The notes under the pieces: model-generated
Told to the model about the DNA's origin: nothing
The model's database searches: none
Seen by the model: the letters and a program-made list of their open reading frames with translations, nothing else
Origin: Nanobdellota archaeon
GTDB lineage: Archaea > Nanobdellota > Nanobdellia > Pacearchaeales > GW2011-AR1
Assembly: GCA_038045705.1 (NCBI GenBank)
Contig: JBBSXO010000006.1
Location: forward strand, 44,506-108,505
Direction of reading: 5' to 3'
DNA length: 64,000 nt
Shown here: in pieces, positions 38,983 through 48,113 of the stretch
How the letters are laid out: the number at the start of each line of letters is the position of its first letter
Numbering within the stretch: the stretch's first letter is position 1
Position numbers and translations under genes: made by a program

Positions 38983-39505
38983 TAAATTTTGATGAATTCA
39001 TCATATTTTGTGCAGCTTTCAAGAAAGTTAAATCTCTATCTCTAATAAATTTACCTTCAACTTTAGTAGGCTTATCATTTTCAAAAGTTTCAATAGCTTC
39101 ATCTAAAGTCATCCAAACTAACTCAAACTCTTCAATCATTTCTTTCTCAGTAAATTGAGGTTTTCCTTTAGATAAAATCTTTCCAATATAACAATAAGAT
39201 ATCTGTTTCATATCAAAACCCCATTTGAAATTTTTATCAGAACGATATTCTACAATCTTACCAACTTCAGATTTTATCTCCATTTTAGCTCCGACTTCCT
39301 CAAGAGCCTCTCTTAGCAAAGCATTCTCTTTTGTTTCCCCTTCATCTATGCCTCCGCCTGGAAGCTTATGAAAATTTCCGCTTGCAACAAACAATATTGG
39401 AACTAAACCATTTTCATCAAAAAGAACAGCTCTTGAAGCCTCACGAAGTTTAATATTAGAATTCTCTTTAAAATCAGGATCTTTAAACTCTTTAAGAAGT
39501 CTCAT
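38966..39505 (-). CDS. NUDIX hydrolase
   Basis: Canonical Nudix box GGGIDEGETKENALLREALEEVGA (Gx5Ex7REUxEExGU). Confidence 0.7.
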   Translation of the reverse strand: MRLLKEFKDPDFKENSNIKLREASRAVLFDENGLVPILFVASGNFHKLPGGGIDEGETKENALLREALEEVGAKMEIKSEVGKIVEYRSDKNFKWGFDMKQISYCYIGKILSKGKPQFTEKEMIEEFELVWMTLDEAIETFENDKPTKVEGKFIRDRDLTFLKAAQNMMNSSKFIKGEL

Positions 39506-40305
39506 TTCAAATTTCCATATTTAGATAACAAATTACCTAGCTGTTCTTTTCTTTGACTAAGCCCAGCATATTTTTTCTCCTTAAAATAATGGCAATAATA
39601 AATATCCTGTAATAACCAGTTTAAGAAGATAAAATCTTGGTATTTTTCATCCCAAAATTGAGTTGAAGATATAGAAGAGTATCCTTTCCTAAACTGTTTT
39701 TGTTCTTTAGGTTTCTTAAACCACTTAAAGAATGCCTTACCAATAGCAAAAAGCTTTGGTCTTTCAGCAATACTATCTATATCTACAAGATAAACATTAC
39801 CATTTCTTAATCTAAGATTGCTACCATGAAGATCGTTTGCATCTAAAGTAAAAATGGGTTTTGTCTTCTTCAATAAAAACTGATATATTTTTTCTACTCT
39901 TTCAATTTCTTCTTTAGGCAAGAGTTTAGCCTTTCTTACTTCATTCAAATTCTTCTCAAATCTTCGCGTAACGCTGCCATTAACTTTTATTTTATTGATA
40001 TAAGCACAAATTTTACCAACCCGATAAATTACTGATTTTGACTCTTTCTTAATAAGGTCTCTTCCTTCAATATATTCATAAAGAACATCTTTTCCAACTC
40101 TTCCTAAAAATTTAGGTAAAAAGCCGTACTTTTCAAGTTTATGAGATATTTCTTCGAAATATTTAGCTCTTTTAAGAGTCTTATATTTTCTTAAAACATA
40201 TTTTCTTCCTTCGTAAGTAAGTAAATGAACTTCACCGCTCCAACCCTCTCCACCATCATCAGAAGTTAAAACAGATATTTTACCATTTTTTAATATATTT
40301 TTCAC
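39502..40305 (-). CDS. APH/choline-kinase-like (protein-kinase-like fold) small-molecule kinase
   Basis: Lys strand YVLRKYK, hinge YEYIEG, catalytic loop DLHGSNLRL (DLHxGN) and Mg site YLVDIDS. Confidence 0.5.
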   Translation of the reverse strand: MKNILKNGKISVLTSDDGGEGWSGEVHLLTYEGRKYVLRKYKTLKRAKYFEEISHKLEKYGFLPKFLGRVGKDVLYEYIEGRDLIKKESKSVIYRVGKICAYINKIKVNGSVTRRFEKNLNEVRKAKLLPKEEIERVEKIYQFLLKKTKPIFTLDANDLHGSNLRLRNGNVYLVDIDSIAERPKLFAIGKAFFKWFKKPKEQKQFRKGYSSISSTQFWDEKYQDFIFLNWLLQDIYYCHYFKEKKYAGLSQRKEQLGNLLSKYGNLK

Positions 40306-40898
40306 TTTAAATCTCCTAAGTGTTCATTATAATGTAATTTACTAATAAATAACTTTTTGTTCTTATCTAACTCTACAACAGTCACAGAAGCGTTAGGGCT
40401 ACCTTTCTCAATAATCTCAGAATTATCTTTATTTTTAACCAACAGCATTTTTAACAAAGAAACTTTTGTTCCACCATGAGTCATAATTAAAACTGTTTTG
40501 TCTTTCCATTTTTTACTATTCTCTGTTAAAAATGTCTCTGCCCTTTTATCAACATCTTCAGGAGTTTCTCCGCCAGGAGGAGCTTTGTTAGGATTATTCT
40601 TCCCCCATTCCTTTAACTCACCAGTAGGTTTACCTTCAAAAATACCCTTACCTCTTTCTCTCAAAAGATGAGAGTAATTAGCTTCCATTTTAATTATCTT
40701 TAATAATGGAGCAATAGATTCTCTACATCTTCCCAAATCTGAACAATAAACTAAATCTATTTTTTCATTTTTCAAATAATTAGCTAATTTTTCGACTTGC
40801 TTTAATCCAATCTCACTAAGTTTACCTTGATTTTGACCTTGAGTTATTCCTTCTTTATTTTCAACGGTTTCACCATGTCTTACAATAATTAATCTCAT
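40302..40898 (-). CDS. histidine phosphatase (phosphoglycerate-mutase-like) family protein
   Basis: N-terminal MRLIIVRHGETVEN (RHGE motif) and a later MTHGG. Confidence 0.7.
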   Translation of the reverse strand: MRLIIVRHGETVENKEGITQGQNQGKLSEIGLKQVEKLANYLKNEKIDLVYCSDLGRCRESIAPLLKIIKMEANYSHLLRERGKGIFEGKPTGELKEWGKNNPNKAPPGGETPEDVDKRAETFLTENSKKWKDKTVLIMTHGGTKVSLLKMLLVKNKDNSEIIEKGSPNASVTVVELDKNKKLFISKLHYNEHLGDLK

Positions 40899-41824
40899 TT
40901 TTCAGCCTCTAACCTTCTCTCTTTTTCCACGTTTAACATGGCTATATGGTTACCTATTGGAGTTAATGTTCTAAGCATCATAAGAAAATAATGGATTATT
41001 ATAGGATCTTCTTTTTTAATAAGCTCAAGGTTACTTTCAAAGTTTCCTTTTCTTGACTCAAAAAATTTCTGTACATTGTCCTTTTGATCATTAACTACCG
41101 CATTGTAAAGTTCTTGATAATGATCTCTTACTTCCTTAAGGAGTCTTAATTCAGACTCACTTAATTTTGGCTTCTTTTGAGCATTTAGATGATCATAAGA
41201 ATAATTGATAAGAAGAGAGATTTCAATAATTGCATTAAAAAAGTCGTAAGCATACTTTGAGTTTACTGAATCAAATATTTCTCTTTTGTTTATCAATCTC
41301 TTTGATAAATTACACAGCCTGCATAAAGTAGTGTGGAGTTCTTTTATCTCATAACTCATTTCAAAATTGCCTTTTTCACCTTCTTCTAACAAATAGTCTA
41401 ACTTTGAAAGCAAAATCCACATTATCTTTCTTACAATTTGGCCATACTCTGAATCATCTGTATGTACCATACACTTAAGTCTACATACATTATTATCACT
41501 CTTTACTAATTCAAGACCAGTTAATAATCTAAGATCTTCTCTGATTTGAGGCAATTGTTTAGGTGAAGTATATTTTATATTGATTTCATCAAATCCAGAA
41601 GTGTATAGGTGGCGGATAATTCTTCCAATATACCATTCACCTCCGTTTTCTAAAGGAATTGTTACTGGCTCAAAAGATTTGTCTTGTATTGATATAACAA
41701 GCTTTCCACGTGAAGGTTCTACATTAACTAATTGTCCTTGTTTGAGATTATTATTTTTTACCCAGTTAGATGGAAGCGAGACAGTGAGAGTACCTTCTCC
41801 GTGCTTTACAACTTTTCTCTTCAT
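40895..41824 (-). CDS. AbrB/SpoVT-N-terminal domain regulator with PhoU-like helical C-terminal region
   Basis: N-terminal swapped-hairpin KVVKHGEGTLTVSLPSNWVKNNNLKQGQLVNVE. The remainder is helical and PhoU-like. Divergent from the radical SAM gene. Confidence 0.4.
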   Translation of the reverse strand: MKRKVVKHGEGTLTVSLPSNWVKNNNLKQGQLVNVEPSRGKLVISIQDKSFEPVTIPLENGGEWYIGRIIRHLYTSGFDEINIKYTSPKQLPQIREDLRLLTGLELVKSDNNVCRLKCMVHTDDSEYGQIVRKIMWILLSKLDYLLEEGEKGNFEMSYEIKELHTTLCRLCNLSKRLINKREIFDSVNSKYAYDFFNAIIEISLLINYSYDHLNAQKKPKLSESELRLLKEVRDHYQELYNAVVNDQKDNVQKFFESRKGNFESNLELIKKEDPIIIHYFLMMLRTLTPIGNHIAMLNVEKERRLEAEK

Positions 41825-41849
41825 AGTTCGAGAAATATAAGTTCTTTAT

Positions 41850-41905
41850 TTAAATTTATGGTTATGTACACATATTTATACAATGTGTGTTTATACACAC
41901 AATAA
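41850..41905. promoter_or_regulatory. divergent promoter region with three TTTATACA repeats and TGTACACA palindrome
   Basis: atgtacacatatttatacaatgtgtgtttatacacacaataagtatata lies between the divergently transcribed regulator (40895-41824) and radical SAM gene (41936). Candidate BRE/TATA plus operator sites. Confidence 0.3.
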
Positions 41906-41935
41906 GTATATAATAAAACCTCAGATATATGAGTT

Positions 41936-42919
41936 ATGACTCAAACAATAGAGAATGTATTGGGAAGATTCCCTTTACGCGTTTCTATTACAGATAATTG
42001 TAATCTATCTTGTGTTTTCTGTTCAAATGAAGGTTTAGGAGCAGAACGTAACCAAGTTTCAATGCAACCAGAAGATTTTCGATATTTAGCAACCACATTA
42101 AGAGCTCATGGACTAAATCATATTTCTCTTTCGGGCGGAGACCCAACTGCTCATCCTGCTGCACGAGAAATGGTTGAAATTGCTAATGAATCAGAAATTC
42201 CTCAAAGATTCTACCATACCAATGGAATACTTCTTGGAAGAGATGGACTAGCAGATGCTCTTGAACAATTTAGTAAAATTGGAGTTTCACTACATACAAC
42301 TGATTCCGCAAGATATAGCCAAATAACTGGGGGGAGACCAGCACATTATGATAAAGTAATGGCTGGATTAAAATCTCTAGGGGAAAAAGGATTGGGACAA
42401 AAAGTAGAGGTAAAACACGTTACTGTAAAAGGAATGAATGATGACTCTGAATCTTTGAGTGGTACTCTAGATTTATGCGCACAGTACGGTTTCAAATTTA
42501 AATTTCTAAATTTTGAAGCAATTCATGCTGGACAGGTTGGTTTAGTGCAGAATGCAGAAGTAATTAGACAAAGAGTTAGAGATTTAGGAGCGGTTCATCT
42601 TCCTGACCAAGGAGGAGTTTTCAGAGGACAGGATTCTTACTTACCAATTCAATGGTTTAGTTACAAAGGAACTAAAGGCGTTGTTATAGATGTTGGTTGC
42701 GGAAGACCTGAGGTTTGCAGAAGCTGTCATGATTCTAATGAAATATATGTAACTCCCAAGCTCAGCATAAAGCCTTGCAAAATGAGCAGTCATGAAATTT
42801 CTCTTAAAGAAGCAATTGATCGTAGAGATGAAGGAGCACTTATAAGTTCAATAATGGAATCAAGAGCATTCTTACGCACACAACCAGGATTAGGTAAAAC
42901 CTATTGGGAGCAAAGATGA
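41936..42919 (+). CDS. radical SAM enzyme, MoaA-like (GTP 3',8-cyclase family)
   Basis: LRVSITDNCNLSCVFC (CxxxCxxC) aligns with MoaA LRISVTDRCNLRCxYC. Also LSGGDPT, TNG and a C-terminal CRSC...PC second-cluster-like motif. Visibly GC-richer than surrounding DNA. Confidence 0.65.
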   Translation: MTQTIENVLGRFPLRVSITDNCNLSCVFCSNEGLGAERNQVSMQPEDFRYLATTLRAHGLNHISLSGGDPTAHPAAREMVEIANESEIPQRFYHTNGILLGRDGLADALEQFSKIGVSLHTTDSARYSQITGGRPAHYDKVMAGLKSLGEKGLGQKVEVKHVTVKGMNDDSESLSGTLDLCAQYGFKFKFLNFEAIHAGQVGLVQNAEVIRQRVRDLGAVHLPDQGGVFRGQDSYLPIQWFSYKGTKGVVIDVGCGRPEVCRSCHDSNEIYVTPKLSIKPCKMSSHEISLKEAIDRRDEGALISSIMESRAFLRTQPGLGKTYWEQR

Positions 42920-43593
42920 ATAAAAAATTAGTAATGTTATATACAAAGTTCCCTGAAATTGGAAAATCAAAAACAAGAATAGCAAGAGAAAGCTCAGAAT
43001 TATTCGCGTATATTGTAAGTCTTTGCACACTTAAGGATACTATAAACAAAGTGAGCAATTCAAAAAGTTATGATTTTATTGCAGTAGTTAATAGTAAAGA
43101 AGAGTCTCAATTGTTCAGAGAGAAACTTGGAATTAATGTTTATGTTTTAAATGAATCTTTATTACAAAGCGACCAAAGTCAAAGATTTTCATTTCTATTT
43201 TCCAATTTTAAGAAAAGCTATGAAAAAATAATTTTAATCCCAAGTGATGTTCCCTCAATCGCCGAATCTAGCCTAATTAACGCATTTAATATTTTGGAAA
43301 ATAATGATTATGTATTTGGCCCAGAATACAATGGAGGAGTATACCTTATCGGAATGAATAAAAATCCAGACAATATTTTTGATAGAGTTAGATGGAGTAC
43401 TGAAAATTCTTTTAAAGATTTAGTAAATAATAGTAAAAACAAAAGTTATCTGTTAAAATTAAAGGGTGATCTCAATAAATTACAAGACTTAAATTTATTT
43501 AAAGAAGACATAGAAAAAAGATCCCCATTACTCTATGAGTTTCTTGCTAATAATTTCTACAAAGGGGTCAAAATTAATTATGCTTACAATTGA
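42904..43593 (+). CDS. DUF2064/TIGR04282 family (MobA/CofC-like nucleotidyltransferase fold)
   Basis: N-terminal LYTKFPEIGKSKTRIA (cf. AKxPxxGxVKTRL) and GPEYNGGVYLIGM (cf. GPAxDGGYYLLG). Confidence 0.5.
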   Translation: MGAKMNKKLVMLYTKFPEIGKSKTRIARESSELFAYIVSLCTLKDTINKVSNSKSYDFIAVVNSKEESQLFREKLGINVYVLNESLLQSDQSQRFSFLFSNFKKSYEKIILIPSDVPSIAESSLINAFNILENNDYVFGPEYNGGVYLIGMNKNPDNIFDRVRWSTENSFKDLVNNSKNKSYLLKLKGDLNKLQDLNLFKEDIEKRSPLLYEFLANNFYKGVKINYAYN

Positions 43594-44209
43594 ACTATTT
43601 GGTATTTCAAGAACAGGTAAAACTTCTACTTTGAGAAACCTTGCTTCACATTTCGAAGCAAATGGAGAAAGATGCGAAATTATTGGAAGAGCCCCAATAG
43701 ATTTCAAAAGTTGTAGAGATCTTGAAGACTTTCATCAAAAAATGCTATTATACTTAGAACAAAGAATTCCAGAGGCTCAAGAAAGAAAACCACATTATCT
43801 GTTGATGGACAGAGGACCTTATGATAGGCAAGTTATGCTAGAAGCAGACCATCAAGACGGAAAAGTAGGAGATCAAGTTTATAGAGATGCAACCCAAAGA
43901 CTGCTTAGTTTAGAACCAAAAATTGATATTCCTTTAATTTTTCTTGTAGATCCTACAACTTCTCTAGCTAGAATTGGTTCACAAAGAGACGAAGGCCTAG
44001 ACTATTCTCATATGTGTGTTGGGCTTAACACGAGAGACAATGTTGCTGAATTAGGTAGATTATTTGATCAGTATTCTGCTTTACAAAGGGCAAAGAAAGG
44101 CATTATAAGCGTTTATACTGGCGGAAGTGCAACAGATACATTACAATCAGCCTTAAGGGTAATAGCATCGACAAAAGTTAAAAACAATGGAGAACATACA
44201 CAATCATGA
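43583..44209 (+). CDS. P-loop deoxynucleoside/nucleotide kinase-like protein
   Basis: Walker A GISRTGKTS and LLMDRGPYDR (DR motif of the dNK/TMPK fold). The start is probably the Met at MLTIELFG rather than the ORF-track start at 43535. Confidence 0.5.
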   Translation, partial: LTIELFGISRTGKTSTLRNLASHFEANGERCEIIGRAPIDFKSCRDLEDFHQKMLLYLEQRIPEAQERKPHYLLMDRGPYDRQVMLEADHQDGKVGDQVYRDATQRLLSLEPKIDIPLIFLVDPTTSLARIGSQRDEGLDYSHMCVGLNTRDNVAELGRLFDQYSALQRAKKGIISVYTGGSATDTLQSALRVIASTKVKNNGEHTQS

Positions 44210-44718
44210 AAGAAATAGAGATTAAACTAAAATACAGCGATGAAAATGCGCTAAGAAAGAAAATAAAAAGTATTGGAAAACACACAGAGACCTATGAGAT
44301 TGTTGATTGTTATTATGGAAGAGATGGCGAAAACATGAAGACTGCTGAAAAATTGCTAAGGATAAGAACAAAGAAAGGAGTATCTGAGCTTACATTTAAA
44401 GGTAAAAAAGAGACAGAAGGAAATGTCTGGGAAAGAGTTGAGATAAATGTTCCAATTGGGGATTCTGAGAAGATGGAACTTGTTCTAAAAAACCTTGGAC
44501 TAAAAAGAATTCTAAAAAATCGAACAATTAGAGAATACTGGAACATTAATGGAACAGAATTAGGAATTATGAAAATTAAAGAACCAGCAGAAGTTGATTT
44601 TGTAGAGATCGAAGGTAAAACTAAAGAAGATGTTGAAAGAGTTACTGGCTTGTTTAAAGGAATTTTAGAGCCTATTGGTAAAGACCATTTCAAAAAATTA
44701 GATGAGGCTAACAAATAA
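44206..44718 (+). CDS. CYTH-domain (triphosphate tunnel metalloenzyme) protein
   Basis: N-terminal EIEIKLK (ExExK), RIRTKK, ERVEINV and EIEGKTKE glutamate pairs characteristic of CYTH/CyaB-ThTPase. Confidence 0.65.
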   Translation: MKEIEIKLKYSDENALRKKIKSIGKHTETYEIVDCYYGRDGENMKTAEKLLRIRTKKGVSELTFKGKKETEGNVWERVEINVPIGDSEKMELVLKNLGLKRILKNRTIREYWNINGTELGIMKIKEPAEVDFVEIEGKTKEDVERVTGLFKGILEPIGKDHFKKLDEANK

Positions 44719-45290
44719 TGTTGCCAGAGATATTTATCATAAGGCATCCAGAAACAATCAATAATAAAGAAAAGATCATTGAAGATCCTATGGGAGGAGA
44801 TTTATCTGAATATGGTAAATCTCAGATACCTGATGCAGTTAAGAGTTTATTATCTTTAGAAATTTCTAAAGTATACTCTAGCGATTCTGCACGATGTAAA
44901 GAACTTGCTGAAGCATTTTCTAATGAATCTGAGATAGATATCCATTATGATCCTATGCTTCGCGAAGTCAATAGTGGAGATTGGATCGGCATGAAAAAAA
45001 TAGAAGTTAAAAAGCTTATAGCACAGAATAAAAGACCAAGAAATGGAGAAAATTTAGATCAATTAATGCAAAGAGCTAAAGTTGTCCTTAACAAATTAAT
45101 TCAAGAAAAAGGTAGAATATTATTAATCACTCATGGTTGTCTAAGTAAAATGATTATAGGTGCAACAATGAATATGGGTGCTTATGAAGCAGATGAAAAA
45201 GTAAGCATAAAAAATTGTCAGATAATAAAATTGGATTTCAAAAATATAGGGTCAAAACAGATTCCACTTATTCAAAACAGAAAAAATTAG
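44718..45290 (+). CDS. histidine phosphatase family protein (second copy in cluster)
   Basis: N-terminal IFIIRHPETINN (RHxE) and a late LITHG. Overlaps the CYTH stop codon. Confidence 0.55.
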   Translation: MLPEIFIIRHPETINNKEKIIEDPMGGDLSEYGKSQIPDAVKSLLSLEISKVYSSDSARCKELAEAFSNESEIDIHYDPMLREVNSGDWIGMKKIEVKKLIAQNKRPRNGENLDQLMQRAKVVLNKLIQEKGRILLITHGCLSKMIIGATMNMGAYEADEKVSIKNCQIIKLDFKNIGSKQIPLIQNRKN

Positions 45291-45313
45291 AGGTATAGTG
45301 ATTGGATTAATTA

Positions 45314-45628
45314 ATGAGGAACACACTACAAAAAGAGAAAAGTAAAGAAAATCTTTTATCTGAGATGCTCTCATATCTCGAACCAAAGGAAACTATCCAA
45401 ATTAATGGGAAACTTTCTTATAAGGAAAGTTTAGGTTCTTGGAATGTAATTCAATTGCAAAAAGAGATTATTGATTTATTTCCTCAACTTAGAGAGAAAA
45501 GAAGTAATTTTGGTTATACTATGTTCTATAATCGCTCGTTTAAGGAATCGAGAAAAATAATTGATGAGCTAGAAAAAAACGGGGTTGTTCCTATTTTTCT
45601 GTTGTTAGGTAAGGTAAAAGAAAGATAG
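45314..45628 (+). CDS. conserved small protein, copy 1 (paralog at 61145-61459)
   Basis: 104 aa, about 80% identical to the inverted copy 16 kb away (LSYLEPKETI.I.GKLSYKE.LGSWNVIQLQKEIID.FPQLREKR..FGYTMFYNRS.KES.KI..ELEK.GVVPIFLLLGK). Confidence 0.4.
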   Translation: MRNTLQKEKSKENLLSEMLSYLEPKETIQINGKLSYKESLGSWNVIQLQKEIIDLFPQLREKRSNFGYTMFYNRSFKESRKIIDELEKNGVVPIFLLLGKVKER

Positions 45629-45675
45629 TAAACTAGAATCTGAAGTTTTTTATATCATCGATATCTAGAGATTTT

Positions 45676-46644
45676 ATGAAAAAAGAACCAATCTCAAAGA
45701 GACAGCATTATGTTAATCAAGCTTACTTAAAAAATTTTAGAATAGAAAGTACGGAAGATAGTTTATTTATGTATGATAAAGAGAAAATGTCTATTGCTAG
45801 GGTAAAAACTGCAAATGTAGCCAGCGAGAATTTCTTTTATGATAGGACAGAAGAGCGCATTATAGAGAAGACTTTAGCAGAATTTGAAGGTAAATGTAAT
45901 GTTATCTTAAAAAAGGTCATCGAAAAGGAAGATTTAGACCAATTAATTAGTGAAGAAAAGGAGCTTTTAGCGACGTTTTTAGCAGTTCAATTTTTAAGAT
46001 CAAAAGAATTAAGAATTGATTATAAACAGATTGCAGAGGCTGTTTTAGAAAGGGTTGCTGAGAAAATAGTTCCAGATTTTAAGAAAGGAGATATTAAAGT
46101 CGTAGAAGATTCTTTATCTGGACTTCATGTACATACGATTTTTAAAGAATCTGGACATTTTGCAAAATTATTTCTTGATAAATCATGGAAATTATGTATC
46201 AATAATTCCTCTATTCCTTTTTGGACTTCCGATAATCCTTGTGCAATACATAACGATCTTGAGCCAGAACCATTCAAAAGCAATCTAGGAATTGAATGTA
46301 AGGGCTTTCAGTTGCATTTTCCATTATCTTCAAGGTTACTCTTAATAATTATTGACAAAAACATTAAGGTAATTGATTTAAGTAATGCAAAAGAAATAAA
46401 ATATCCAAAAAAGAGAAGTTTTTACAGGAATATAGATAAGAAACTAGACGTTCCTTTATTTACTTTAATGCCTCCAAAGGAATTTGTTGGAGGGGACAGA
46501 GTTACTTTTGAGAATAATTTGCAGGTAATATCTGCGACAAGATTTATCTTTTCTTCAAATGAAGATTTTTCTCTTGCTGACAAATATTTAAAAGAACAAC
46601 CGATACATAGAAATGCAAATAGAGGAAGATTTAAAGTAATGTAA
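45676..46644 (+). CDS. DUF4238 family protein
   Basis: N-terminal KRQHYVNQAYLKNF matches the DUF4238 signature (H-x-h-P/N-Q-x-Y-L-K-x-F). Confidence 0.45.
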   Translation: MKKEPISKRQHYVNQAYLKNFRIESTEDSLFMYDKEKMSIARVKTANVASENFFYDRTEERIIEKTLAEFEGKCNVILKKVIEKEDLDQLISEEKELLATFLAVQFLRSKELRIDYKQIAEAVLERVAEKIVPDFKKGDIKVVEDSLSGLHVHTIFKESGHFAKLFLDKSWKLCINNSSIPFWTSDNPCAIHNDLEPEPFKSNLGIECKGFQLHFPLSSRLLLIIIDKNIKVIDLSNAKEIKYPKKRSFYRNIDKKLDVPLFTLMPPKEFVGGDRVTFENNLQVISATRFIFSSNEDFSLADKYLKEQPIHRNANRGRFKVM

Positions 46645-46700
46645 TTGACTATCAATTTAATATCTAAAATTTTAAAATCTCCTAATGATTTCGGAGAATT

Positions 46701-47270
46701 ATGAAAAAAGAATGCGTTGAACATTACAATAAGATTAAGATAAGTAATATCAGCATACTTAGTTCTAACAAAAAGTTAAGCGACTATGAGAGAAATTTAA
46801 AACTAGAATATGCCCGAGAAGAGCAATACGAGTCTGACTCATTTAATCTTAAACTTGCAGATAGTAGATGTAACTTGGGTGGTTGGCGTCTCTGGTTTAT
46901 GTGTCAAGGGTGCGAAAAGAAAGTTGGAACCCTATTCTACAAATATGACCCTCAAAATCTAAGATGTAGAAACTGTTTAAATCTTACTTATGAGGCAAGA
47001 CAGAATAAAAGAAAAGAGGCATTTCATCTTATTGGTAATGCAATAAGGCTTAAACAAAAATATGATTTAATAGGAGAAAGGCTGTTAAGGAAAGGAATAC
47101 ATGCAAAGACTCGCCTCAGACTTTGGTCAGAAAAAACAATATTAGGGGAAGAACTAATAGAAGTTCTAGCCTTACAAAAAGAAGTCTTATCCAATAATTC
47201 TGTTAAATATGGAAAAAGAATGCAAGAACTAATAGAAAATAAAAAATTAGATTTTACAACAAGACCATAA
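46701..47270 (+). CDS. zinc-ribbon protein, hypothetical
   Basis: CQGCEKKVGTLFYKYDPQNLRCRNC in a 189-aa basic protein. Confidence 0.3.
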   Translation: MKKECVEHYNKIKISNISILSSNKKLSDYERNLKLEYAREEQYESDSFNLKLADSRCNLGGWRLWFMCQGCEKKVGTLFYKYDPQNLRCRNCLNLTYEARQNKRKEAFHLIGNAIRLKQKYDLIGERLLRKGIHAKTRLRLWSEKTILGEELIEVLALQKEVLSNNSVKYGKRMQELIENKKLDFTTRP

Positions 47271-47499
47271 TTACAATTTTCTATTACCTTCTTTATCTAA
47301 AATTATTCTTTCCTTTTACATATTTTATAAGAACTAAGAAAATTCCTAAAATAACAGACACTACTCCTGAAGAAGAGTTGCTTAGTGGAAATGAAGGATA
47401 AAGAGCCTTTGCAATTAATAGAGCCATGTAGATTACCACTGCTGAAACAAAGAAGACTCTAAAAGCTCCTATAATATCCCCTACAACATTATCAGACCA

Positions 47500-48096
47500 G
47501 TGTTTAGCCATAGAAATTATGATTATCCTAAATATTTAAATTCTTTCAACCTTTATAAAAATATGGGAAATAGAGAGTATCAAGTATGGGATAAAAAAGG
47601 AGAAGGAGAAGAGTCTTGGATGCAATTTAGAAGATTTGCAGTATCTTATAGAAAGGCTTTTCAAACATGTATTAAAAAAGAAGTTGAAGATGCATCAAAC
47701 GGCTTAATATTTGATGATGAAGATATTTTTCCATCTTTGTTATTATTCAATCATTATGTAGAACTCTCTTTGAAAGCCTTACTTGAAAAATCTGGAAGCA
47801 ACTTTAAAAGTCATATTTTAAAAGATTTATTAGAAGAGGTTGAAAAGAACTATCCTGACTTTAAACTCAGCAACTTACCAAGAAAATTAATAACTGATAT
47901 TGATTTAATTAACCCAGCTAGACCTTTATTAGACCACGAAGGTTTTAGGTATCCTTTAGATAATAAAAGAAATAAGATCTGGGTTACTGAAAGAAATAAT
48001 CATGCTTTTATTGTTCTTGGTGGAGTTCATACTTCTTCAATAAATCTAATAAATGAGATAGAAGCTTACTTTAAAGATAAGATAATAAAAGCTTAG
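47500..48096 (+). CDS. hypothetical protein
   Basis: 198-aa ORF, no motif. Confidence 0.25.
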   Translation: MFSHRNYDYPKYLNSFNLYKNMGNREYQVWDKKGEGEESWMQFRRFAVSYRKAFQTCIKKEVEDASNGLIFDDEDIFPSLLLFNHYVELSLKALLEKSGSNFKSHILKDLLEEVEKNYPDFKLSNLPRKLITDIDLINPARPLLDHEGFRYPLDNKRNKIWVTERNNHAFIVLGGVHTSSINLINEIEAYFKDKIIKA

Positions 48097-48113
48097 TATT
48101 CTAATAATTTAAT

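Noticed and set aside
41936-42919. Radical SAM enzyme as a prokaryotic viperin (ddhNTP synthase)
   Set aside because: The N-terminal motif LRVSITDNCNLSCVFC and the C-terminal CxxC...C arrangement match MoaA (LRISVTDRCNLRC) rather than viperin (CNYKCGFC with a conserved C-terminal extension). The call stays MoaA-like with unknown substrate.
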